The notes below the pieces were generated by a model. That model ran no database searches, was not told where the DNA came from, and saw nothing but the letters and a program-made list of their open reading frames with translations. From positions 2,728,001 through 2,792,000 of the forward strand of contig NW_025767035.1 in the NCBI RefSeq assembly GCF_003918875.1: a stretch of 64,000 nt of DNA. The letters run 5' to 3'. Positions 53,501-64,000 of the stretch are shown here, piece after piece. Within the stretch, counting starts at the first letter, position 1; every line of letters begins with the position of its first letter. The DNA comes from Haliotis rubra. Taxonomy: Eukaryota. The translations under genes were made by a program, and so were the position numbers.

Positions 53501-56500
53501 GTACCTTCATCTGAGAAATCCACTTCCTCTTCATCAAATTCTTCCTCTTCCCCATCTCCCAATGCATCCTCCATCTCCGCCTTAAACTCAGCAGCCAAGT
53601 CATCATCATCTAGATCCATCTCTTCCCCGGACAGATCATCGTCAGCATCATCAATATCATCATCACTGTCTTCTTCATCTACATCTGCAGTTTTGTTGCT
53701 TTTCTTACTTTTACTCTTCCTTTTGCCAAACTCCCTGCCCATGGAATATAAATAGCTTACTGAACAGCTGTACAAGAAAAATGCACAAATCAGAGAAAAA
53801 AATCAACGTTTTAGATATCTCTTTTTTTGTGTGTGGATACTTGTAAGAACCTTTAATAATGATAAAGAATATGGCAAACGAAGAAGCATGTCTTCAAATT
53901 CACTCTACCAAGGCCAATACCATATCTGTGAAAATATGGGACTGTTCCACGGAGTCTTAAAGAACAGTTCTTCACCAGCTTACCATTAACACATAACTAC
54001 AATGAAGACTCTGGATGTTCCCATCCTTGACTTACCCTGCGAAGTCAAAGTCCAAGAAGTCCTCCCCTTGGTCAGCTCCTCGCTCAAAGTTATCTGAGGT
54101 GAAAGAATAACACACTTCAGTCAAGGCTAGAAATCTTACAAATTGTATATACATTCTTCACCTTTATTGATTAACAGATACCCTGAAGTTTGATTTGATT
54201 CTGGGGTGAAGAACAGGTTGTCTCAAATTGAGCTGCTCATATATTTGACATGTTAAAGACTTATTCTACTTGACATGTTGCATTGCTGCTAACTGCTCAT
54301 CTCCTAATTTCCTACACAGAATCTGATTCCCAAAAATGTCAACATGGTTTCTAATGACAGGCACAAATTTTGTTCACCCAGACACCTTTGCTTCCTGTGT
54401 AATTCCAACACAATACCGAGACAAATAAAGACACTTACCCAAGTATTCCTCAAACTCTCCGTCACTGACACTGTCAACATCACTGCCGTCATCTTTCCCT
54501 TTCAACTTATCTCTCACAGATTTCTGGCTGAAGTACCTGAAGACATATGAGAGGCGGGTTTTACGCGTGTTTTACGTAGGTTTTAGCATGTATAGTAATA
54601 CTGCAGCAATGGGAAACATCAGAAATCAGCTTCACACATTTATACCCATGTTTGAAATCATACCTTGGCCATTGGTGTGAAGAGGGAACACTCAACCCTT
54701 AGGCTAACACATCTGGAGATACGAGTTTATATGAACAGCCAAAGAGCAGTGAGACAGATTATCTGATTGAATAAAGAAATGACGTAACCCTGGTGACAGA
54801 CGTTCAGCATTCAATCTCCAGGATTTGTTAACCCTCCTACAAAGGTCATTCATCACAGATATTGGTCGCATCCTTTACCTATCTGAGGAAACCAAGAGCC
54901 GTCTAACTGCCTGGAATACTTTGCTTGAGTTGCATTGATTAAAGTTTGAGATTTTAAGGCAAAACTTCTATTGAAATGTAACTTTGTTTTACCATGATTA
55001 TAAAAAGTATTCACACAAAATAGTAGGTGACTTGGAAATATTTCACGACACCCTGTTTTTTTAGAGTATGATACTGCAAACTAATTGTACTGTGTATGTA
55101 ATGTCAAATGTTTCAGATACAGACCCTCAGGCATAAATAGTAAAAAGAAATTGGTTCTCAGACAATGGCTATGAAAAACTTGGTGCAGACAGGCAATCAC
55201 TGAATCTGTGAATCATCATGTGTAGTGATGTTTTATTTCAAATTTCTTTCTGTCATTGAGCGAATTACTGAACATCATGAAAATCTCTTTAAACTCCCAT
55301 TGCTGCGCATACCAAGGGAAGTAACTGCACACTACAATGGATCTTGATGTTCATAGTACTGCCGCATAACCTGAGGTGGACTTTATGATGATGCAGTGGT
55401 GCCTGACAACCAACACTATTGTTTTTAAGCGTTATTGACAGGAGTAGGTACCAATTCTATCACTGTCAATGTTTCAGGTCAGAGTAAGCGGATATTCAGG
55501 GTTTATCCAACAGCTAGTAAATAACCATTCTGGGCCATGTAGTAGGGCAAACAATCCACTCACAATGACAGAATCTGTCATTTCACAGGCCTGTTTGATC
55601 TTCATTAGCTGGGGTACACGGGAACTAGTCTTGGAATACCAATGAGTCTATACTTGCATAAGGAGCAGAGGCCATCTAATTTTAACGTATCTTACAGACT
55701 TAACATAAACTAGCTGCTTGCATTACACTGCCATGCAATTAGTTGATCTCACTTCTCTCCTGGCCAGCAGGGCATTGGGGGCTTGCATGTAATCACAGAG
55801 TGGTCATAGACAGGGAAACAGACGACTGGTTCGGTAACACACAAACACAAACTGTGCCTTACTTGTACAAGTACTTCTCGTCTTCAGGGATGCTGTTCTC
55901 GTCTCTGTCTATGAAACTGTCACTGGTCACAGGAACCTGATTTTTGGGTACAGACTGCTTGGCACTCATCACACTCTTGGTACCTGCAACACGAACAATC
56001 AAGTATATTGTCTGTAATTATTTGTAAACTTACCTCTTGGTTGTGTTAGCCTTTTCCTCTGTTGCTTGGTGATGTGTTACAGACTCCCTTAGATAAAATT
56101 TTAATAACAAAGGGAAGTAATCCTTACTAGACAATCCCTGTTCCCGCTTGATTACTTCCCTTGACCTGCTCTTCTTGCCAGTAGTAACAAACATGTGTCA
56201 TATTTTCCCCGGGTGTAGATTCTGTGACCATACAGTGGGAAGGAAAGGAAATGACTTTCCGGGCGGGTGTAACGTGTACAACCCAGAGGTAAGTTTACTA
56301 ATAATTACTTGATTGTTTGTAATTATAGGCGTAAACATTCCCTCTGGGTTGTGTTAGCCAGAATCCCACGTATGGTTTGGGGGATGTTCTAGCTACACCT
56401 TCCAGAGTGAATGTCTATTCCTATTAATAACGCACAAATCCTGTATAATTGACTGTGGTACTGAATATGATAATTGATCATTATATACTTAGGTAATTCA

Positions 56501-59500
56501 ATTAATATATTGAATTTACTGATACCTAAGTGCAAATTTCCACCACCAATAAGGGATTTCCTGGTGAGATAGGATGATTGGAGGGAATGATGGAGTAATA
56601 CAGTTTACTGTTAATTAAATGGAATGTCAAGATTTAGGTATTTTGTGATGTCCTTTCCGATTTCCATGACGTCACTACCTGATTTATGACGTCACTTCCT
56701 GTTCTATGACGTCACTTCCGGTTTAGTTTTGGTTAGATAGATAATAGAAGTCTTACTCATCATCACTCCCCACTATAAGTAAATGTGTGTTAGTACTGGA
56801 GTCCTTCATCAGATGTTCCACAACTATCTGACCTCCTCATCCTAATAGATTCCACCATAAGTTGATACTTGATGAACTTGTGTAGAATTCTTGAGCACAC
56901 ACACACACACACACCCCTCCTTTTTTTGATGTCGAAGGGTCAATGCTGAGAGAGCCTTTGAGCAGCAATGAGCAGTCCCAGGGAGTGGATCCCATCCAGA
57001 GCCAGTGTAGTGTCCCGTAAGTATAACGTGTTCGATCAAAACTGAAGTCCAAGCGGTGAGAGATGATGCTAATGCTCTGATTTCATGAGGTGAAAATCTG
57101 ACGTTAACATAATCTTGATTACAATCCTGACAGGCAATAGTGATCGTTTTGCGAAGCCAAGCAGATAAGGATTCTTACACAGTTCCCTTGTGGTATGTGG
57201 TTTACAGGGAAGGAACAGTCGACAACGCTTATGCCTAAAAAAGTTCTTGCGATCTGTGTACCAGCGGATAGCTTGAAGGGGACACAAAAGAAGAGATGTA
57301 ACGGAGCGTGACGAGGAAGGCAATGCCGGGATAGTGTAGGATCTCGGCCCCAATGGACCATGTGCCGTGGATGAGTGGATAGTCTCGACACGCGAAGGTT
57401 GAGAGCCGGAATGTTCGGGTGGATTACCGATGAGCCTGGTTGAGCCAGTAGATTTTCCCACAGCAGCAGAACAAAAGGTTCGTCCGTTTGTAACTCTAGC
57501 AGAAGAGGACACCAAGTCCTGGTCGGCCACTCTGGCGCCACTAGGTAGAGCACACACTGATGTTGCAGATCTTTGAGAGTACCAGTACGTCCAGAATCAC
57601 CTTGGATGGAGGGAAAGCGTATGCGATCATATTGTCCCAGGAGACTGACAGAGTGTCTATGGCCCAGGCGGTAGGGTCAGGTACTGGACTGACATAGACT
57701 GACATAGACTGGTAACTGTGCAATGCGACTCGTGGCAAACAGGTCTATACAAGGCGTTTCCCATCTCTGCTGAATCATCCGAAATGCCTCCTTGTGAGGG
57801 GTCCATTCTGTGGGTAGAAGTTGCCCTTTCCGAGACAGTGAGACAGCCAGTAAGTTGATTTTCCCGGGAATATGTCTGGCTTTGAGAGCGCACTTGTGCA
57901 GATCTCCCAGATGATAAAGTTTCCGTGTCAGATCCATCAAGGTTGAAGAGTGAGTTCCGCCCTGCTTGTTGATATACGCAACCACAGTGGAGTTGTCCAT
58001 CGCTACCACGACAGACTTGTGATGGAGGTGAGGCCACCAAAGTCCAGGGCCCCGTCCCCATTTCACAAAGCTCTCTTAGGCCTAAGATCTCGTAACTTTT
58101 CTTGTAGCATTGGTACCTACTATATTGTAACATAAGAGGTACGAATGCTACGAGAAAAGTTACGAGATCTTAGGCCTACGAGAGCTTTGTGAAACGGGGC
58201 CCAGGCCCACAGCATGGCCAGGAACTCCAGGTACGTTGATATGATGGGTCATCTCCAATGGATTCCAGGATCCTTGAGCCTGTAGATGGTCCATGTGAGC
58301 AACCCAACCGGTTGCCGATGCGTCCGTATAAATTGTTTCATCCGTTTTGGGAATCCGAAACGGAGCGCCGTGGAGAACATTGTGTTCCTGAGTCCACCAA
58401 TTGAGTTCCCGTTTGACTGTTAGAGGAGGAACTACATCGAAATCCAGGTCGTCTGACCTGCACTGATTGATCCAGCACTGTGTGAAGAGAAGATTGAGAC
58501 GGCCCCGGCACGTAAAATCCTGCATGGAAGTGAGAGATCCTACCAGAGACATCCAAGTTCGGAGAGAAACTGTTGGATTGTTGATGAGGAGCATAAGACG
58601 ATCTCTGACTGTGATCCAAAGATCCTGATCCTGGAGGATACGGCATGTCCAGGCATCAAGTATAGCACATAGAAACTTTATGTGAAGAGCCGGGACAAGT
58701 GACGGGCCAGAAAATCGTCCAGGTAGCCGTGGATCGCTATGCGTCTGAGATGAAGAATGTTGAGGACCGGATTCATCACAACAGTAAAGAGCCATGGAGC
58801 TATTGAGATCCCGAATGGAAGTACACGGAACTGGAAACGGCGACCGTTGATGGCAAAACAGATATATTTTTTGTGACTGAGGTTGTATCAGGATGTGAAG
58901 ATAGGCATCCTTCAGATCAAGACTCGTGAACTTTGTGTCGGGACGAATAAGTTTGCGGACATTCTGAAGTGATTCCATGGTAAACTTGGGAGGCCGACGC
59001 AAGAACTGTTTGTTTAAGATTTTGAGATCGATCACCATCCTCATCTCTGGAGTATCCTTTTTTGGTACTAGGAATACCGGAGAGGAAAAAGCTGGAGTGC
59101 AGTCTTGGGGAGACAACTCTACAATAGCCTGAGAAGATCCTCTTCTGACCCACGTGGGTACGGTGCACGGCTTCAGTAGATGTAATAACGCTATCTTATA
59201 TGCCGTATATGCCCAGCCCGGATTTAAATCCGCAGCCTCCGTGTCCATGGAGGGCACCGTAAGGATACCTTCATGCATAGATACCTGAGCATCTGTAATG
59301 GGATAAATGCCGTGGGTATCTGAGTCCGTAATATCCGGAAAGATTGGAGGGTTATCAACGTCAATGTGATCCACAGCCGACGGATCAACCACAGCCGTGG
59401 TGTCCGACGGGTCGGAGCTAACGGACGCCTCTGGTGCTGTGGAACCTGTAAGAGTTGTATCCAAGCCCGGTCCGGCAAACCTCGACTCAGAGGTCTTGTC

Positions 59501-62500
59501 TGGGACGGTGGCTTCCTGAAACCACTGAGACTGGGACAACGTCATCGCTGATGCCAGTTCATCAGATAGTTTGTGAGTAGCCGTGGAAATGTCCGTGACA
59601 ATCCTATTTCCTGACTAGAGGTAGAATCTATATGCGAAGCAGCTATGGTTAAGTTTAAGTTCTTTCATTTTTGTGAAACTCCTCTGTTCAAGATCTTTAA
59701 GAGCTGATCCAAGAGATGCACTTAAATCTTCCTTACAAGATGCTAACATAGTCGAAAAAGCATTCAAGTCTAAGCCTTGTGAAGCAGGGGTCTTCTCAGG
59801 AGTGGAAGGCTTACTGGATTTAGACTTCCTTACGCTTTCAGAGGAAGATGACTTGCGCTTCTTAGCCCTAAGCCGAGCGTCATTCATGCTATTCCACTCA
59901 TTCTCAGATAAGTCTTGGCACAATAAGCAACAAGTAGATAAAGCACAAGGAGTGTCTGTTGTGCAAGCAAGACATAATGAATGAGGGACCTTATCCTACT
60001 GAAAACGTTGGCATCCAACAAACTTCTTTTGAGACATGATACCTTAATGTGTAGTCAACGCACTTAAGTACAAAAATGGTGGGGGAAAATGGATCAAGTA
60101 CAATTCACAATTTTTTACGCAAATAAATGTTCAAAGTGAATAATACGATTGTGTGGCGACCACACTAAACATGTCTGTTGCTGAGAAAGTTGAACTTAAA
60201 GCACAACATTGAAAAAATCCAAGGCAGTCCAAACATGTCTTCACTTGGTGAGTACAGAGGAAAATATGACACATTTGTTACTACTGGCAAGAAGAGCAGG
60301 TCAAGGGAAGTAATTAAGCGGGAACAGGGATTGTCTAGGTAAGGATTACTTCCCTTTGTTATTAAAATTTTATCTAAGGGAGTCTGTAACACATCACCAA
60401 GTGACGGAAGAAAAGGCTAACACAACCAAGAGGGAATGTTTACGCCTATAATTATGGAACGTTGATATTTTAAGTGTGGGAGAAAAGTAGGCTTGTTTTT
60501 CTCCATGAGTTTGCAGAATGATCAAAGTAGCGGCCATACAATTTCTGAGTCCCTACTCAGATCCGAGGTCCGACTCTTGTCCACATGAGCAAAGAGTTAA
60601 GGATGTCATCTGTGGGATGTCTCCATGGTCTACTACGATTTATTGACTAAGCAGATCACAAATGTTGAAACCTTGACAAATGGGTGTAGGGCTGACCCCT
60701 AAGTTTCTATCTTAAATCTGCAAATTGTGGTCCCTAGGACAAATGGCCTGGTCAACACCTGAGACCACTGGGCCACCCTAGAGGATGTGACCATGATGTT
60801 GGCTGGTGATTACCTGCTTCCAGCTTCTTGGGGTTCTTGTACACAAATCTGTTGAGAAACTTGATGAGAGTGAAGTCCTGCAGAGGGTCACTTGTGTACA
60901 CAATCGGGGATTTCTGAAAATGTTAGTGTATCAGGAACAACTGGTGTTACAAACCTCACAGCAATAACAAGTGAAATCATCTCTCAGTAATAACTTGTGT
61001 TACAAATCACCCATAAACAAATAGTATAACAGTTATCTCTCAAACAAGAAGCATTAAAAATCCCTCAGGAATAACTTATGTTACAAATTATCATGAAACA
61101 ACTAGTGTCCAAAATCTCCCACAATCTTCTGGCATCAACTTGTCTTACAAATCTCCCAAGAACAACTAGTGTCCAAAATGTCCACACTCTTCCCAAGGCT
61201 TGTGTATTCACCTGCAGCAGTGTTTTGGCAAACAGTGCCACTGAAGGGTGGAAGTGGTTTGTCAGCTTCTCCAGCTCCCAGACACAAGCCTCATCAGCAC
61301 CACAGTACATCGGGTTTCGGTGGAACGGGTCGTAAGTCCCCAGTGTCATCTTATCTGAAAAACATCATTCACATTTTGTGATTAATTCCAGACTCCACTG
61401 TACACATGTAGAGTCTATTTCTTCACTGAGTGTTTCTCCTCTACTACCAATATACACACCTTGCTTGTTTCTCCGATGAACCCACGAGGACTTGAGATTC
61501 TTCTTGTCCTCCACCTTGACCTCCACCATGTCCTCCACTTTGACCTCTGGGTTCTCCTCCCCTTCTTCCTTTGCTGTGTGGGATGTCCTCTCATCTACCT
61601 CTGGCAGGTCCACAAAGTGTTCCTCATCATCGGAGTCCTAACAGAACAGTCAGAGAATGGACAGTGACCTGACAGAGGTTGGTGTGAGGTCAGTGAACAA
61701 TGATTGGCAATGGTCACACACAGTCAGTCATGTCTTAGGACCTATTCTCTTCCAGATCTCCAAAGTGGTCAGGGTTGAGAGAGTTAATACCAATAGGAAT
61801 GTTTTCAAATGATATCAATCCACAAATTAAAGGCCAGACTCAGTGACTCACAGCAGGTCATAGTAACTGCATGACATTGGTCTTTGTTTACCGGTTTGTC
61901 TGGTCCGGTATGAATTACTTACATTCCGTCATCATAGCTTGACTGACTGACTGAGTTTAGTTTTACGCCACTTTTAGCAATATTCCAGCAACATCACGGC
62001 AGGGGACACCAGAAAAGGGCTTCACACCGTGTACCCATCTGGGGATTCGAACCCGGGTCTTCGGCGTGACGAGCCAACGCTTTAACCACTAAGCTACCCC
62101 ACCGCCCCCATCATAGCTTGAATATTGCTGAGTGGGGTGTTAATCAAACAAACATCATTCATAGGTAAAAGTGAGTGAGCTTAGTGTTATGCCGCTTTTA
62201 GCAATATTCCAGCAATATCATGGTGGGAGAAACCAGAAATGGGCTTCACACATTGTGCCCATGTGGGGAATCAAACCCAGGGCTTCAGCTTGACAGGCGA
62301 ACGCCTTAACCACTAGGCTACCCCACACAACTTGTAGGTAAAAGATTATCTTACCTCAAAAGACTGTGAAAAGTTGATGACGTCTGGTCTTTTCTTAATC
62401 ACCTGAAAGAACCCAGTGGAAGTATCAGTATCATTGTGTCCACTTGAAATAGCATTGTGTGTCAGCAACACATGAACAAGCTTCTTGTGTTAAAACTGCT

Positions 62501-63825
62501 CTTTTGTGAGATACTGAACAGAGATTTAATGTTTTCACTTCAGTAAACAGAACTCACTTTCATCTCAACCTGGCACATATAGATTTATATTCTAGGAGTG
62601 TTTGTGAGAGACTGTGTCTTAGAGAGTGTGTGAAAGCGTGTGTGTGTTTTCAGGGTATTCAGGGTGCTGTGTGACTGTGTGCATGTGTTTGGTGGGGGTA
62701 ATGGTGGATGTGGGGTGATGGTGGGGGTAATGGTGGATGTGGGGGTGATGGTGGGTGTAATGGTAGGGGTGGGGTTGATGGTGGATGGGGGTGATGGTGG
62801 GGTGATGGTGGGGTGTGGGTAGGGGTGGGTGTGGGTGTAAAGGTGGGGGGTAGGTTGGGGGTTTGATGGTGGATGTGGGGGTGATGGTGGGTGTAATGGT
62901 GGGGGTTAATGGTGGATGTGGGGGTGATGGTGATGGTGGGTGTAATGGTGGGTGTGATGGTGGGGTGGGGGTAATGGTGGGGGTGATTATGCGGTTGAGG
63001 TGAAGGTTGAGGTGAAGGTAGGGGTGATGGTGGGGGTGGAGATGCCACTCCTTAGACTTATATAAGAGACAGAATACTTTTCTGTCAAATGATGATAGCA
63101 GTCCCCCTACTGAATGTCCTCACTACTTGAACTGCTGGTACTCCTCACCTCAGACAGCATGAATAGGACGCCACACACAAACTGGGGACTGTGGTAGGAG
63201 CAGACCTGCAGCATCCTCTTGATGAAAGCCTGGAACAGGGCATGCCACTCAACCATCAAGCTCATGCTTACTTTCATTATACTGACTGACTGAGTTTGGT
63301 TTTACGCCGCTTTTAGCAATATTCCAGCAACATCACGGCTGGGGACACCAGAAATTGGATTCACACATTGTACCCATGTGGGGATTCAAACCCGGGTCTC
63401 CGGCGTGACGAGACAACGCTTTAACCACTAGGCTACCCCACCGGCCCCTACTTTCATTATACAGTGGAAAGGATGCTACTTAAGGATTCACATTTCCTGA
63501 ACATTAAACAACCAAATGCACAATCATATTCAAATTTGCCACTTTATGTGATGATCCAAATACATGTACTGATAATCTAACCCCTTATGGTCACCGTGAT
63601 TAAGTGTAGGTGTGCATGAGAATCAAATAGATTTGCCAAACACAGCCAGATACAATCTCTAACAATAGGAATATAAAGCACACCTTGATTCGTTTCTGAG
63701 ATGTGTCTGTGCGCATTGTCTTGAATATGAGATTGAGGAACATGGCTTGTTTAGAAGATGTCTTTAGGGCCGGGGCAGCCAGCTTCTTGTACAGCGCCAC
63801 ATAGAACCGGTCACTCAGCGTCTCA
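50305..63825 (-). CDS. CEBPZ: CCAAT/enhancer-binding protein zeta (NOC1/Mak21 family), 3' portion, 13 coding exons; 5' end outside window
   Basis: Manual splicing gives one open frame with GT-AG introns and consistent phases: ETLSDRFYVALYKK..SKQAMFLNL..AFIKRMLQV..SDDEEHF..SWVH..YDPFHRNPMYCGA..WEL..HFHPSVALFAKTLLQ..DPLQDFTLIKFLNRFVYKNPK..acidic tract..LFAAAEEFSHLLD..KQLKWEARRDQW. These motifs are collinear with vertebrate CEBPZ as I recall it. Confidence 0.96.
50833..50957 (-). CDS. CEBPZ: CEBPZ exon (HDSGSLFAAAEEFSHLLD...MSNTDNS)
   Basis: ttccag / gtaagt; 125 nt, phase 2/1. Confidence 0.92.
51051..51290 (+). mobile_element. Short retroposon family 2 in a CEBPZ intron
   Basis: Aligns to the other copies; decayed copies also at about 22850-23050(-), 44270-44500(-), 47730-47840(+). 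Confidence 0.85.
51383..51479 (-). CDS. CEBPZ: CEBPZ exon (GLEGVSSRKRGADIGEDDFMPTQRKRKKDKS)
   Basis: ttacag / gtgagt; 97 nt, phase 1/2. Confidence 0.85.
53120..53342 (-). mobile_element. SINE family 1 with locally duplicated tail
   Basis: The tail plus flanking sequence is repeated (about 53081-53158 and 53159-53224). Confidence 0.8.
53505..53734 (-). CDS. CEBPZ: CEBPZ exon (basic patch followed by D/E-rich tract)
   Basis: gggcag / gtactg; 230 nt, phase 2/1; lies within ORF 53494..53775. Confidence 0.88.
54036..54093 (-). CDS. CEBPZ: CEBPZ exon (NFERGADQGEDFLDFDFA)
   Basis: cctcag / gtaagt; 58 nt, phase 1/2. Confidence 0.88.
54439..54536 (-). CDS. CEBPZ: CEBPZ exon (YFSQKSVRDKLKGKDDGSDVDSVSDGEFEEYL)
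   Basis: cttcag / gtaagt; 98 nt, phase 2/1. Confidence 0.9.
55863..55983 (-). CDS. CEBPZ: CEBPZ exon (TKSVMSAKQ...VPVTSDSFIDRDENSIPEDEKYLY)
   Basis: ttgcag / gtaagg; 121 nt, phase 1/2. Confidence 0.9.
56667..56721. promoter_or_regulatory. Three phased CRE (TGACGTCA) sites, the last a full ETS-CRE composite
   Basis: TGACGTCA at 56667, 56687 and 56707 (20-bp spacing); TGACGTCACTTCCGG at 56707-56721. Confidence 0.4.
57040..57330 (-). pseudogene. DIRS tyrosine recombinase C-terminal remnant
   Basis: LLCPLQAIRWY...RLF and, in another frame, PHEIRALASS (HxxR box) at 57061-57090; the N-terminal part is deleted. Confidence 0.75.
57541..59150 (-). pseudogene. DIRS RT / RNase H / DNA N6-adenine-methyltransferase-like pol, frameshifted
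   Basis: FSSPVFLVPKK, LDLKDAYLHI, (frameshift) LPFG...HGYLDDFL near 58710-58735, IYTDAS..GW, HIN, DNSTVVAYINKQGG, HIPGKIN, IDLFA, AYAFPP. Confidence 0.9.
58048..58201. mobile_element. Hairpin MITE (PIF/Harbinger-like) inserted in the DIRS RNase H region
   Basis: Near-perfect palindrome GGCCCCGT..TTTCACAAAGCTCTC / GAGAGCTTTGTGAAACGGGGCC; CAG TSD at 58045-47 and 58202-04. Confidence 0.8.
59615..60037 (-). pseudogene. DIRS gag-like ORF1 remnant with Cys/His-rich N-terminus
   Basis: MSQKKFVGCQRFQ*DKVPHSLCLAC...CALSTCCLLCQDLS...; contains an in-frame stop. Confidence 0.7.
60814..60913 (-). CDS. CEBPZ: CEBPZ exon (KSPIVYTSDPLQDFTLIKFLNRFVYKNPKKLEA)
   Basis: tttcag / gtaatc; 100 nt, phase 0/1; hallmark motif. 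Confidence 0.95.
61212..61354 (-). CDS. CEBPZ: CEBPZ exon (YDPFHRNPMYCGA...HFHPSVALFAKTLLQ)
   Basis: tttcag / gtgaat; 143 nt, phase 1/0; hallmark CBF/Mak21 motif. Confidence 0.95.
61460..61637 (-). CDS. CEBPZ: CEBPZ exon (DSDDEEHFVDLPE...SSWVHRRNKQ)
   Basis: tgttag / gtgtgt; 178 nt, phase 0/1. Confidence 0.9.
61943..62108 (-). mobile_element. SINE family 1, nested in a decayed family-2 copy (about 61840-62155, +)
   Basis: TSD CATCATAGCTTGA. Confidence 0.9.
62170..62328 (-). mobile_element. SINE family 1
   Basis: Aligns to the other copies. Confidence 0.8.
62355..62402 (-). CDS. CEBPZ: CEBPZ exon (VIKKRPDVINFSQSFE)
   Basis: tttcag / gtaaga; 48 nt, phase 0/0; fills the expected gap between the SE and SDDEE motifs. 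Confidence 0.85.
62690..63045. repeat. G-rich (GTGGGGGTGATG)-like low-complexity tract in a CEBPZ intron
   Basis: Many G3-G5 runs on the + strand. Confidence 0.9.
63149..63229 (-). CDS. CEBPZ: CEBPZ exon (AFIKRMLQVCSYHSPQFVCGVLFMLSE)
   Basis: ttccag / gtgagg; 81 nt, phase 0/0. Confidence 0.93.
63283..63448 (-). mobile_element. SINE family 1
   Basis: TSD TACTTTCATTATAC. Confidence 0.9.
63684..63825 (-). CDS. CEBPZ: CEBPZ exon (ETLSDRFYVALYKKLAAPALKTSSKQAMFLNLIFKTMRTDTSQKRIK)
   Basis: ttctag acceptor, gtgtgc donor; 142 nt, phase 2/0. Confidence 0.92.
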
Positions 63826-64000
63826 CTAGAAGAACATATCGACTCAAGGAATACTCAACAATAGGTAGGGGGTATAAAAATAAAGGACAAAATATTCTTT
63901 TGTTTAATGAAGTTGAAATGATGCCAAACTGGATTCAGTTCCATTCCATTGAAGACTGAGATACGTATTTGAATTGCAACAATTTTGTGTCATTCAGTGC

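Larger units (their letters stand above)
55992..60454 (-). mobile_element. DIRS1-type tyrosine-recombinase retrotransposon, defective, in a CEBPZ intron
   Basis: Inverted terminal repeats (about 56034-56208 and 60259-60433) with non-identical outer extensions; internal complementary region (ICR) at 56278-56359; gag, RT, RNase H, methyltransferase and YR remnants in the canonical order. Confidence 0.93.

Noticed and set aside
62659-63048. Pro/His/Thr-rich ORF as a CEBPZ exon
   Set aside because: Low-complexity intronic tract; the flanking exons join in frame without it.

Overview
This is repeat-dense eukaryotic (animal) genomic DNA with two N-gaps (about 1318-1466 and 48935-49277). The two abundant short retroposon families match, from memory, abalone (Haliotis) repeats; that assignment is inference. 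The only host protein-coding gene I can support is the 3' part of CEBPZ (NOC1/Mak21, ribosome biogenesis) on the minus strand. It has 13 GT-AG exons from 63825 to the stop at 50305, all phases are compatible, and the 5' exons lie beyond the window. The rest is transposons and satellites: a structurally complete but coding-dead DIRS1-type retrotransposon inside a CEBPZ intron, a 5'-truncated RNase H-bearing I-group LINE, a Penelope remnant with hammerhead motifs, mariner/Gypsy/L2/RTEX remnants, MITEs with clear target-site duplications (TSDs), many SINEs and about 10 tandem arrays. Top observations: (1) the non-tRNA retroposon head folds into a pseudoknot-like RNA with compensatory changes between copies, a candidate ribozyme or structured RNA; (2) the DIRS element inserted 7-8 nt from a CEBPZ splice acceptor; (3) a hairpin MITE family appears to seed satellites through a palindrome that acts as a direct repeat; (4) the LINE 3' region carries two interspersed hairpin arrays. 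There is no CRISPR or other prokaryotic system. Repeat boundaries are approximate unless a TSD is quoted.
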